Shown here one piece after another: positions 18,969 through 31,363 of a stretch of DNA of 36,429 nt (positions are counted from its first letter, which is position 1; every line of letters starts with the position of its first letter). The notes below the pieces were generated by a model. It ran no database searches, was not told the origin of the DNA, and worked only from the letters and a program-made list of their open reading frames with translations. This DNA comes from Rhodoferax sp. (GTDB lineage Bacteria > Pseudomonadota > Gammaproteobacteria > Burkholderiales > Burkholderiaceae_C): positions 1 through 36,429 of the forward strand of contig JAEMRG010000001.1 of assembly GCA_016463455.1 (NCBI GenBank), in the 5' to 3' direction. A program made the position numbers and the translations under genes.

Positions 18969-20158
18969 GCCGTTCACCCCTTTCGCGCGCGCTGGGCCAA
19001 TGGGTCGCAGTTTTTCTCAAAGAGGCCAAAGACGCATGGCGCGATCGTCGCACCCTGCGCATGGTGCTATTGCTCAGCGTAGTGCAAGGGCCTCTGGTCT
19101 TGTTGCTGGTCTCCACTTTGGCGAGCGAAAAAGAGAGCCGCATCGACAAGCGCGAAATCTACCTTCAGGGCCTGCAATATGCGCCGGACTTACAAAACTT
19201 CATTGAGCGCCAGGCCTACGGCATCAAGGCCCCGCCCGCCGATGCGATGGACCAGCTCGCCACCGGACAGTTAGAGGACGCCATCATCGTGGTACCGCCG
19301 GATTTTGAGCAGCAATTACAGACCCTGCAGATGCCTTCCATCGCAATTTATGCCAATAGCAGCAGCCGTGGCTCCAGCACCTCGCGCGATGTAGCCCGCA
19401 AGCTTTTACAGGCTTATGCCCAAGAGCGCGTGGCCTTGACACTGGTTGTACGCGGCGTTGGCGTCGCCAGCCTCAAGCCGCTCGAAGTGCAAGAGCACGA
19501 CATGGCCGATGCCAGTGCGCGTGCGGCACAGTTGACCGGCTCCTTGATCCCTTTATACGTCCTGATTGCGGTGCTGACCGGTGCCATGGGCGCCGCAATG
19601 GACAGCACCGCCGGCGAGCGCGAGCGCAGCTCGCTGGAACCCTTGATGATGAACCCGGTCTCGCCCTGGGCGCTTGCGCTCGGCAAATGGTGTGCTGTCG
19701 CCCTGCTGGCCGCCTTGATTGCCTTGCTCACGAGTCTGAGTTTTATTCCGGCCCAGTTTTTGATTCGCAGCGACGCCTTGCAGGCATTGTTTCGCTTTGA
19801 CTTGTCTGATGCCATGCACTTTGGCCTCATTTGCCTGCCCTTTGCCGGTGCTGTATCCGCCATACTTATGGCTACGTCGGTGCGCGGCAAGAGTATCAAA
19901 GAAGCCCAGGCGGGTAATTCCCTGGTGCTCATGACGTTTATGCTTTTGCCCTTGGTGTCTTTGCTCAACGACGCTGCCGAGCCCGATTGGTACTATCTGG
20001 TGCCCTCCTTGGCACAACAAACCTTGATGCTACATGTCTTGCGCGCCGAGCCCATAGCGCTCTGGCAGTGGCTGCTACCGTCTGCGGTAGGCTTGCTGGT
20101 GACGGTGGCCGCATTGGCTTACGTGGGACGGGCCTTGCGCAGTAATGCGGTGCACTGA
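18965..20158 (+). CDS. ABC-2 type permease, NatB-like
   Basis: KEAKDAWRDRRTL, one TM + periplasmic loop + multiple TMs, AGERERSSLEPL motif. ATGA overlap with the ATPase. Confidence 0.9.
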   Translation: MSRSPLSRALGQWVAVFLKEAKDAWRDRRTLRMVLLLSVVQGPLVLLLVSTLASEKESRIDKREIYLQGLQYAPDLQNFIERQAYGIKAPPADAMDQLATGQLEDAIIVVPPDFEQQLQTLQMPSIAIYANSSSRGSSTSRDVARKLLQAYAQERVALTLVVRGVGVASLKPLEVQEHDMADASARAAQLTGSLIPLYVLIAVLTGAMGAAMDSTAGERERSSLEPLMMNPVSPWALALGKWCAVALLAALIALLTSLSFIPAQFLIRSDALQALFRFDLSDAMHFGLICLPFAGAVSAILMATSVRGKSIKEAQAGNSLVLMTFMLLPLVSLLNDAAEPDWYYLVPSLAQQTLMLHVLRAEPIALWQWLLPSAVGLLVTVAALAYVGRALRSNAVH

Positions 20159-20171
20159 CCCGGCATGCGGA

Positions 20172-20213
20172 CCAGTCAGTCTTTTTTGCAGTCCATTCCC
20201 GTTTTTCTGTAGT
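20172..20213 (+). promoter_or_regulatory. Imperfect 21-bp tandem direct repeat, candidate regulator site
   Basis: CCAGTCAGTCTTTTTTGCAGT / CCATTCCCGTTTTTCTGTAGT, 14/21 identical. Followed by hairpin GGCCTTG-N5-CAAGGCC (20224-20242) and CACAAT (20251-20256). Confidence 0.3.
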
Positions 20214-20290
20214 TGGTCGCTCAGGCCTTGGCCTGCAAGGCCAGAAAGCGCACAATTTGTCTCGCATTTCATGAAAAAAGGGCTTTTCCC

Positions 20291-21198
20291 ATGCTTGAAC
20301 TCTGTCAACTTTCGCATCGCTATGCCAACGGCACCCAGGCGCTCGATAGCGTCGATTTACATATCCCAAAGGGCATGTTCGGTCTGCTGGGTCCCAATGG
20401 CGCTGGCAAATCCACCCTGATGCGTTGTATTGCCAGCTTGCAAACCCCAAGCGAAGGCAGCATCCGTTTTGGCGACATCGATGTGGTGCGCGAACCCGAA
20501 AAACTGCGCCAGGTTCTGGGCTATCTGCCGCAGGACTTTGGCGTTTATCCGCGCATCAGTGCCAATGATTTGTTAGACCATCTGGCCGTACTCAAAGGCA
20601 TCACAGGGCGCGGCGCGCGCAAAGACACGGTCGAAAGCCTGTTGGCGAAAGTGAATCTATGGGACGTGCGCAAAAAGGCCGTTGCAGGGTTTTCGGGTGG
20701 CATGCGTCAGCGATTTGGCATTGCCCAGGCCTTGATTGGCAACCCCAAGCTGATCATTGTGGACGAGCCCACTGCCGGTTTGGATCCGGAGGAGCGCAAC
20801 CGGTTTAACAATTTACTGGTAGAAATCGGCGAGCAAGTGGTGGTGATTTTGTCGACCCATATCGTTGACGATGTCTCTGATCTGTGTCCCCAAATGGCCA
20901 TCATCGTAGGCGGGCGGGTACTTTTGCAAGGTGCACCCGAAGCCCTGGTGCAAAGTTGCAGGGTCGGGTTTGGCGCCGCGAAATCGCTACCGGTGCTTTG
21001 GACGAGTTTCGTAAGCAGTACTCGGTCATTGCCAATCGGCTGCGTGCAGGTCAAACCGTCATCCATGTGCTGGCCGACAGCGCCCCCGATGCGCAGTTTG
21101 CGCCCGTGACGGGTTCCTTGGAAGACCTGTATTTTTCGATTGTGGTCGCAGCCCGGCAAGCCGCTGGCGCCGCGTCCCATGCCGCGGCCCAGGCCTGA
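20291..21198 (+). pseudogene. ABC transporter ATP-binding protein with a 1-nt frameshift near 20950 (real lesion or sequencing error)
   Basis: ATG 20291; GPNGAGKS, FSGGM, IIVDEP, STH all in the first frame (stop 21109). The natural C-terminus (KLQGRVW...SLEDLYF) is in the -1 frame and ends at 21198, 7 nt before the next ATG. Confidence 0.8.
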
Positions 21199-21205
21199 GC
21201 CCGCC

Positions 21206-24200
21206 ATGTGGAGCGCTATCGCACTTTTTGAAGTCCGCTACCAGCTGCGGTCGCCGCTGTTTGTGGTGGCTTTCGCCTTGTTTTTCTTGCTGGCCTTTGG
21301 CAGTGTCGCTTCTGAAAACATCCGCATAGGTGCGGGCGGCAATGTGCATGTCAATGCACCGTTTGCCATTGCCCAGACCATTGCGGTGCTCAATTTGTTT
21401 GGGTTGTTTGTGGTCACCGCCTTCGTTGCCAATGTCATTATTCGCGATGATGAAACCGGCTTTGCACCACTGATACGCAGTACGCGGATTGGAAAATTCG
21501 ATTATCTAATGGGGCGTTTTAGCGGTGCACTTTTTGCCGCTTTGGCGGTGATGGCCTCGGTGCCGCTGGGCATGTTTATAGGCAGCCTGATGCCCTGGAT
21601 AGACCCGGAAACAATGGGCCCCATGGTATTGCAGCATTATGGCCTGGCGTTTTTATATTTCGCTGTGCCTACCTTGTTCTTGACGGCAGCAGCCTTCTTT
21701 GCCTTGGCCACCGCCACCCGCTCGCTCATGTGGACCTTTATCGGCGTTATTGCATTTTTGGTCTTGTTCATTACCTCGCGCATCATGCTGCGCGATCCCG
21801 CTTGGGACGCGGTATCGGCATGGAGCGATCCTTTTGGTGTGAGCGCACTCAATCAGGTAACGCGCTACTGGACGGCGGCCGAGCGCAATACGCAATTGCC
21901 AGAGATGACTGGCCTCATTTTGTACAACCGTCTGCTTTGGTGCGCCATTGGCCTGGCCTTTCTCGCCTTGGCCTACGCGATTTTCCGATTTGATTGGGCG
22001 GCAGACGCCCCTGGTAAAAAATCGATGGCGAGCGCCTCCCTGGACTCCTTACCCCCCGCTCAGCGCCCCCTGCCAGTCGGCGACGGCGGGCCGCAGGTAG
22101 CCTTTGCGCAGTGTCTGGAATTGACGCGCTTTGACCTGGCCTATGTGCTGCGCAGCCCTGCTTTTATCGTGCTGCTGGTTTTGGGTTTGTTCAACGCTTT
22201 GGGTGCTATGACGGGTACCGTGGATCAGCGTGGGGTGGAGTTTTTCCCTGTCACCCGCAACATGATCGGCGCGCTCAGCGGCGCTTACAACTTGTTTATT
22301 TTCATCATCGCTGTGTTTTACGCGGGCGAATTGGTCTGGCGCGACCGCGACCGCCGCATGCACGAAATTGTCGGCGCCAGTGCTGCGCCCGACTGGGCTT
22401 TTATGTTGCCTAAGGTGCTGGCCATTGGCGGTGTTTTACTGGCCACCTTTGTGGTCGCGGTGTTGGGTGCTATCGCTTTTCAGACCTTTCACGGCTATAC
22501 AGAATTTGAACTCTCAGCCTATGTCGCGTGGTTTATTGCCCCGCATATCGTGGAGGCGTTTTTGCTGGCCGTATTGGCCATCTTTGTGCAAACCCTAGTG
22601 CCCAACAAATTCAGTGGCTGGGCGGTGATGCTGCTGTACTTTGTTTCAACCATTGTGCTGGTCAACCTGGGCTTTGAGCACAATTTGTACAACTATGGCA
22701 GCAGCACGGCGGTACCGCTTTCGGATATGAACGGTTCCGGCCATTTTTGGATAGGCCGCAGTTGGATGCAGCTGTACTGGCTTGGTTTTGCGGGTGTGTT
22801 GCTGGTGTTCAGCCATTTGATGTGGCGCCGCGGCGTCGATACCTCACTGCTACCTCGCATGCGCCGTTTATCTGGACGCCTGCGGGGCGGTGTGCTGGTG
22901 GTATTTGCGGCTTCTGCCAGCCTCTGGCTGGGTGCGGGCGCCTGGATTTTTTACAACACCAATATGCTCAACCGTTACGAGGTACGCGACGAACGAGAGG
23001 TACTCGCCGCTGATATGGAAAAGCAATTGCTGGGCTTTGAGAGCCTGCCCCAGCCCACCATCATCGAGGTGAATCTGCAAGTCGACTTGTACCCGCGGCA
23101 ACAACGGGCGCAAACCCAAGGCAGCTATGTTTTGGAAAACCGCAGCGGTGTAGCTTTGAGCCACTTCCATGTCCAGTTTGACCCGGATGCCCAGCAGCTT
23201 ACGCTGGCCATGGAGGGCGCACAATTAGAAAAAGACTACCCGCGATTTGGCTATCGCATTTATGCCCTGACTAAACCCATGGTGGTCGGAGAGCGGCGCA
23301 CGCTGAACTTTTCAAACATCCTTGAACAGAAGGGCTTTAAAAACGAGGCTAACCAAACCCGTATCGTGGAAAACGGCAGTTTTCTGAATAATTTTGAAGT
23401 TGCGCCACTGATAGGTATCAGCCGCGAGGCGTTTTTGCAAGACCGCGTCAAGCGGCGCAAGCAGGGTCTACCCGCCGAACTGCGTCCCGCCAAGCTGGAG
23501 GACCAGCAGGCCAATGCGCATCATTATTTGCGGCACGACAGCGATTGGGTTCAGGCGCAAATCACCCTGAGCACGGATGCAGACCAAACGCCGGTGGCAC
23601 CAGGCTATACCGTGAGCGATACCACGGCCAATGGTCGGCGCACCTTAGTCACCCGCACCGAAGCACCGATCCATAACTTCTTTTCATTGCAGTCGGCGCG
23701 CTACACCGTCAAGACAGACCTGTGGAAAAGCCCGAGTGGCAAGACCGTCGATCTGGCGGTGTATCACCATGGCCCCCATGACCACAATGTGCAGCGCATG
23801 CTGGATGCGATGAAGGCCAGTCTGGATGTCTTTAGCGAGAAATTTTCGCCTTATCAATTCCGCCAAATGCGAATTTTGGAATTTCCGGCTTACGCGTCCT
23901 TTGCACAGTCCTTCGCCAATACCGTGCCTTACTCTGAGTCCCTTGGCTTTATCCAAAATTTTAAAGAAGAGTCGCGCGATAGCAAGATCGATTTGGTTAC
24001 TTACATCACCGCCCACGAGGTGGCGCACCAATGGTGGGCGCACCAAGTTATCGGCGCGGATAAGCAGGGCATGACGATGCTCAGCGAATCCTTTTCTCAG
24101 TACGGCGCATTGCTGGTGATGGAGAAACTCTACGGTCGCGAGCAGATCCGTAAATTTTTGAAATATGAACTTGACGGCTATTTGCGCAGCCGGGGCGGCG

Positions 24201-24817
24201 AGGTGCTAGAGGAGTTGCCGCTGTACCGGGTTGAAAACCAGGGCTATACCCATTACCAAAAAGGCGGCCTGGCCATGTACGCGCTGAAAGAGGAGGTGGG
24301 CGAAGCTGCGGTTAACCGCGCTTTGCAAAAGTTGCTGGCCCAATTTGCCTTCAAGGCCGCACCTTACCCCTCGAGCACGGATTTCTTGCGTTTATTGCGC
24401 GCCGAGGTGGATCCACGTCAGCATGCCTTGATTTCTGATCTATTCGAAAAAATCACGCTCTACGACCTCAAGGCCAGCGCACCTTCTGTGCAAGCGCGTG
24501 CCGATGGCAAGTTTGACGTTCGCTTTACCGTGCAGGCTAGTAAGTTTTATGCCGACGGAAAAGGCAAGGAAACCGAGGCGCCCTTGGCGGAAACTTTCGA
24601 AATAGGCGCTTTCAGTGCCGAGCCCGCCAAGAAAGGTTATGGGCCGCAGGCGGTGCTGGCCTTGCAGCGCGTGGCCTTGCACTCAGGCAGCCAAGAGCTG
24701 CATCTGGTGACCGATAAGGCGCCTGCCTTTGTGGGGGTGGACCCCTTCAACATGCGTATCGACCGCAATTCCAATGACAATGTCGTCAAAGTGGGCGCGC
24801 CGGGCGCTACACCCTAG
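21206..24817 (+). CDS. ABC-2 type permease (duplicated membrane domain) fused to a C-terminal M1 family aminopeptidase
   Basis: Two hydrophobic repeats starting FEVRYQLRSP and FDLAYVLRSP, then a soluble domain with HEVAH-X18-E (LSESF) and HYQKGG. ATG 21206 (MWSAIALFE). Confidence 0.92.
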   Translation: MWSAIALFEVRYQLRSPLFVVAFALFFLLAFGSVASENIRIGAGGNVHVNAPFAIAQTIAVLNLFGLFVVTAFVANVIIRDDETGFAPLIRSTRIGKFDYLMGRFSGALFAALAVMASVPLGMFIGSLMPWIDPETMGPMVLQHYGLAFLYFAVPTLFLTAAAFFALATATRSLMWTFIGVIAFLVLFITSRIMLRDPAWDAVSAWSDPFGVSALNQVTRYWTAAERNTQLPEMTGLILYNRLLWCAIGLAFLALAYAIFRFDWAADAPGKKSMASASLDSLPPAQRPLPVGDGGPQVAFAQCLELTRFDLAYVLRSPAFIVLLVLGLFNALGAMTGTVDQRGVEFFPVTRNMIGALSGAYNLFIFIIAVFYAGELVWRDRDRRMHEIVGASAAPDWAFMLPKVLAIGGVLLATFVVAVLGAIAFQTFHGYTEFELSAYVAWFIAPHIVEAFLLAVLAIFVQTLVPNKFSGWAVMLLYFVSTIVLVNLGFEHNLYNYGSSTAVPLSDMNGSGHFWIGRSWMQLYWLGFAGVLLVFSHLMWRRGVDTSLLPRMRRLSGRLRGGVLVVFAASASLWLGAGAWIFYNTNMLNRYEVRDEREVLAADMEKQLLGFESLPQPTIIEVNLQVDLYPRQQRAQTQGSYVLENRSGVALSHFHVQFDPDAQQLTLAMEGAQLEKDYPRFGYRIYALTKPMVVGERRTLNFSNILEQKGFKNEANQTRIVENGSFLNNFEVAPLIGISREAFLQDRVKRRKQGLPAELRPAKLEDQQANAHHYLRHDSDWVQAQITLSTDADQTPVAPGYTVSDTTANGRRTLVTRTEAPIHNFFSLQSARYTVKTDLWKSPSGKTVDLAVYHHGPHDHNVQRMLDAMKASLDVFSEKFSPYQFRQMRILEFPAYASFAQSFANTVPYSESLGFIQNFKEESRDSKIDLVTYITAHEVAHQWWAHQVIGADKQGMTMLSESFSQYGALLVMEKLYGREQIRKFLKYELDGYLRSRGGEVLEELPLYRVENQGYTHYQKGGLAMYALKEEVGEAAVNRALQKLLAQFAFKAAPYPSSTDFLRLLRAEVDPRQHALISDLFEKITLYDLKASAPSVQARADGKFDVRFTVQASKFYADGKGKETEAPLAETFEIGAFSAEPAKKGYGPQAVLALQRVALHSGSQELHLVTDKAPAFVGVDPFNMRIDRNSNDNVVKVGAPGATP

Positions 24818-24832
24818 AAAGTAGAGATTTCT

Positions 24833-27619
<2,787 letters not shown>

Positions 27620-27640
27620 ACGGCAAGCGCTACATGGTGC

Positions 27641-29350
27641 TTAAGCCGCCGGCCGAAACTGGACGCGCGGTGCTGCGTCCAAGAGCTGGCGCGTGTAATC
27701 GGACTGCGGCTGGGAATACAAAGTGGCGGCATCACCCTGCTCAAGCACTTTACCCTCGTGCATGACCAGTAGCGTATCCGCCATGTGGCGCACCACGTCC
27801 AGGTCGTGCGAGATAAATAAATAGCTCAGCGCCAATTCGGCCTGCAGGTCTTTGAGCAGATTGAGCACCTGCGCTTGCACCGACACATCCAGCGCCGAGA
27901 CTGCCTCGTCGAGCACCAGGACCTGGGGCGATAAGCTCAGGCTGCGCGCAATCGCAATGCGCTGGCGTTGCCCGCCCGAGAACTCAAAAGGATAGCGCCC
28001 CATGCTGCTGGCGGGCATGCCGACCTGGTCGAGCAGGCGCTGCGCGATGCGTTGGCGTCCCGCGGCGTCGCCTCCCAGGCCGTGCAGGCGCATGGGTTCG
28101 TCCAAGATCTCGGCCACCGTAAAGCGTGGGTTGAGCGAGGCATAGGGGTTCTGGAAAACGATTTGCAAATGTCTCTTATAGGGCGCGAATTCGGCCTTGG
28201 ACAGCGCCAACAGGTTGCGCCCGCCCATCAGCACTTCGCCGCCGCTGGCCTGGTGCAGGCGCAGCATCGCCAGGCCGACCGTGGTTTTGCCCGAGCCCGA
28301 TTCACCCACCAGACCAACCGTTTGGCCTTTAAACATGGAAAAGCTCACGTCCTCCACCGCCACAAACTGCTTTTTGCCAAACCAGGAGCCGCCCACATCA
28401 AACACTTTGCGCAGGTTGCGCACTTCGAGGAGGGGCGCGTCGTTAGCCGCTTGCCTGGGGGACGGTTCAAGTTGGACCGGCAGGGTCTGGGCAGGGGCGA
28501 CGGTGCCATCGGACTGCATCCAGTCGTCGATGGTTAGGAGGCGTTGACCCAGGCGCTCGGGGCTGGGGCGACAACTGAGCAAGGCCTTGGTGTAGGCGTC
28601 CTGTGCCTGGGTAAATATCTGCTGCACCGGGCCCGCCTCGCGCACCTGGCCGTGGCGCATGACTACCACCTCGTCGGCGATTTCGCTCACCAAACCCAGG
28701 TCGTGGGTGATAAAGAGCATGGCCATTTTGCGGCGCTGGCGCAGTTCGGCCAGCAGTTGCATGATTTGGCGCTGCACCGTCACGTCCAGCGCGGTGGTGG
28801 GCTCATCGGCGATGAGCAGTTCGGGCTCGCAGGCTAGCGCCATGGCGATCATCGCGCGCTGCTGCTGGCCGCCCGAGAGCTCATGGGGGTAGGCGTCCAA
28901 GCGCCGCGCCGCCTCGGGGATGCCGACTTCCTCGAGCAAAGCCTGCGCCCGCTTGCGCGCTTGCTTGCGGCTCATGCCCTCGTGTACCCGCAGCATCTCG
29001 GCCAACTGAAAGCCGATGCTGTAAACCGGGTTGAGCGAGCTCATCGGGTCCTGGAAGATCATGGACATGTGCTTGCCACGGATGCGTTGCCAGTCGGCCA
29101 GTCCCAGGCCCAGGAGCGAGCGCCCCTGAAACTGCAGCCTGGTTTGCGCACCGATGCGCGCGTTGTGCCGGGGCAGGAGCCCCATCACCGCCAGGGCACT
29201 TACCGATTTGCCGCTGCCCGACTCGCCTACCAAGGCCAGGGTGGTCTCGCTGCGCAGGCTAAAGCCCACGCTATCGACCGCACGTACCGGCGGGCGCGAG
29301 GCGCTGACAAAGTCCACTGTAAGTTGTTCAACCGAAAGCAAAGTGGTCAT
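27641..29350 (-). CDS. Peptide ABC importer, fused double ATP-binding subunit (DppD/F-like)
   Basis: Two NBDs: GESGSGKS/LSGGQQQR/ADEPTTALD and GESGSGKT/FSGGQRQR/LDEAVSALD. ATG 29350 (MTTLLSV). Confidence 0.94.
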   Translation of the reverse strand: MTTLLSVEQLTVDFVSASRPPVRAVDSVGFSLRSETTLALVGESGSGKSVSALAVMGLLPRHNARIGAQTRLQFQGRSLLGLGLADWQRIRGKHMSMIFQDPMSSLNPVYSIGFQLAEMLRVHEGMSRKQARKRAQALLEEVGIPEAARRLDAYPHELSGGQQQRAMIAMALACEPELLIADEPTTALDVTVQRQIMQLLAELRQRRKMAMLFITHDLGLVSEIADEVVVMRHGQVREAGPVQQIFTQAQDAYTKALLSCRPSPERLGQRLLTIDDWMQSDGTVAPAQTLPVQLEPSPRQAANDAPLLEVRNLRKVFDVGGSWFGKKQFVAVEDVSFSMFKGQTVGLVGESGSGKTTVGLAMLRLHQASGGEVLMGGRNLLALSKAEFAPYKRHLQIVFQNPYASLNPRFTVAEILDEPMRLHGLGGDAAGRQRIAQRLLDQVGMPASSMGRYPFEFSGGQRQRIAIARSLSLSPQVLVLDEAVSALDVSVQAQVLNLLKDLQAELALSYLFISHDLDVVRHMADTLLVMHEGKVLEQGDAATLYSQPQSDYTRQLLDAAPRVQFRPAA

Positions 29351-29360
29351 GGCGGGCCTC

Positions 29361-30413
29361 TTATTGCACGACTTTGGGGTCCAGCGCATCGCGCAAGGCG
29401 TCGGTGAGCAAGGACAGGGCAGTGACAAACAAAGACATGGCTAGCGTGGCGCATAGCAGCTGCCACCATATGCCGACCAATAAATCGTTTTGCGCCTCAG
29501 TGAGCATGGTGCCCCAAGAGACGCCGTCCACCGGCACGCCAAAGCCCAGATAGGACAAGATCACCTCGGCTTTGATACAGGCCACCGTCAGCAGCGAGTA
29601 CTGCACCAGGATCACATGGCTGACGTTGGGCAGGATGTGCACAAACATGCGCCGCATATTGGAGGCGCCAATAGCATCCGCAGCGCGCACGTACTCGCGC
29701 TCGCGATGCTTCATAAACTCGCCACGCATCAGGCGGTACACGCCAGTCCAGCTGGTTGAGCCCAAGATCACCACTACTGCCGCGCTGCCCTTGGTATCGA
29801 GCACCGCCGCAATCGCCAATATCAGCAAAATCCCCGGGATGGCGTGAAACACGTTGTACAGCCAGTTACTCAGGTCATCGACCCAGCCGCCAAACCAGCC
29901 TGAAACTGCGCCCAGCAAAGCACCCAGCACAGTGGCCACCAGCGCCGCAGCCAGACCCACCAGCACACTCGTCTCGGCGCCTTTGATGGTTTTGCTCAGC
30001 ACATCGCGCCCCCACTTGTCGGCCCCCATAGGCAGGTGCGCGGCCAGGACGTCAGGCTTTTCACCCGCCGGCTTGACGGCCCGTTGCGCCTGCGCCCACT
30101 CCTTGGCAATCGGGTCGATCACATCGGCCTGGCTGGGGGTGTAGTCGAGCACGTTCGGCAGCGGCTGTGATGGGCCAGCGCCCTCACTGCTTGCGCTCGT
30201 CGCCCAACTTGGTGGGGCGTGGCCGATGGCCACCTCCTTTTCCCAGTCGGCTGCAACAAGGCCCATGGCCGTTAACGCGACCAGTAGCAAAAAGCACAGC
30301 ACGATGCAGGCGCTTCCCATACCAGTGCGGTCGGCACTAAAGCGATGCCAGGCTAAATGCCAAGCGCCGGGGCTAGCCTGAACGGAATTGTCGGAATGTA
30401 CGGAAAATGTCAT
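29361..30413 (-). CDS. Peptide ABC importer permease (DppC/OppC-like)
   Basis: MGADKWGRDV, EAA loop EYVRAADAIGAS, HILPN, DALRDALDPK end. Confidence 0.93.
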   Translation of the reverse strand: MTFSVHSDNSVQASPGAWHLAWHRFSADRTGMGSACIVLCFLLLVALTAMGLVAADWEKEVAIGHAPPSWATSASSEGAGPSQPLPNVLDYTPSQADVIDPIAKEWAQAQRAVKPAGEKPDVLAAHLPMGADKWGRDVLSKTIKGAETSVLVGLAAALVATVLGALLGAVSGWFGGWVDDLSNWLYNVFHAIPGILLILAIAAVLDTKGSAAVVVILGSTSWTGVYRLMRGEFMKHREREYVRAADAIGASNMRRMFVHILPNVSHVILVQYSLLTVACIKAEVILSYLGFGVPVDGVSWGTMLTEAQNDLLVGIWWQLLCATLAMSLFVTALSLLTDALRDALDPKVVQ

Positions 30414-30422
30414 GGCGGCTCT

Positions 30423-31361
30423 TTAGCGCAACTGCACGCGCGGATCGGTCAAACGGTAGAGCAAGTCTCCCATCAGGTTGAACACCATGGTGGCCAAGGC
30501 TACATACACCGTGACCGCTTTGATCACCGGAAAATCACTGCGTTCCACCGCCAAAATAATCTCACGGCCGATGCCAGGAATTCCGAAAAACCGCTCAAGC
30601 AAAAAGGCCCCTAATAGCAGGCCGGGAATGTTGGAAGTGACAAAGGTAATGACCGGAATCAGCGAATTGCGCAGCACATGGACAAACATCACTCGCGCCT
30701 CTGAAAGGCCTTTGGCGCGTGCCGTGCGCACATAGTCCTGATCCACCTCGTCCAGCACAAAGGTGCGAAACAAACGGGTATGTGGCGCCACGCCCACCAG
30801 CAGGCCCAGGAGAATGGGCAAAGGCGCGTAAGTGCTGAGGTTTTTCCACAGGCCGTCGCCCCAGCCCTGCACCGGAAAGAGGCCCCAGCGGTAGGCCAGC
30901 AGGTACTGGCCCAGGATGATGAATACCAAAATGCTCACCGACATCAGCAGCGTAAAAAACACCATCACTCCCCGGTCCAGGCGCGAGCCGCGCACCCAGG
31001 ACAAACCCACCGCCAGTACCAGGCAAACCACGGTCTCTATCACCAAGAGCGGCAGCATCAGGGTCAGCGAAGCAGGTAAGCGCGATGCAAACAATTGCGA
31101 CACCGGCTCGCCCGTGGTCCAACTGGCGCCGAAGTCAAAAGTGGCTACCTGTTTGACAAAAATCCACAGCTGAACGTACAGCGGCTCGTTCAAGCCCATC
31201 GCGGTACGGATGCTCTCGATTTGCTCTTGGTTGGACATCAGGCCAGCAAGTACATAGGCCGGATCGCCGCCCACCCAGTTGAACAAGAAAAAAACCAGCA
31301 AGATGACACCCGCCATGGTGGGCAACATTTGCCACAGGCGCCGTGCGACGTAGGCAGGCAT
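30423..31361 (-). CDS. Peptide ABC importer permease (DppB/OppB-like)
   Basis: GDPA, FDFGAS, DYVRTARAKGL, HVLRNSLIP, DLLYRLTDPRV. Confidence 0.94.
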   Translation of the reverse strand: MPAYVARRLWQMLPTMAGVILLVFFLFNWVGGDPAYVLAGLMSNQEQIESIRTAMGLNEPLYVQLWIFVKQVATFDFGASWTTGEPVSQLFASRLPASLTLMLPLLVIETVVCLVLAVGLSWVRGSRLDRGVMVFFTLLMSVSILVFIILGQYLLAYRWGLFPVQGWGDGLWKNLSTYAPLPILLGLLVGVAPHTRLFRTFVLDEVDQDYVRTARAKGLSEARVMFVHVLRNSLIPVITFVTSNIPGLLLGAFLLERFFGIPGIGREIILAVERSDFPVIKAVTVYVALATMVFNLMGDLLYRLTDPRVQLR

Positions 31362-31363
31362 AC

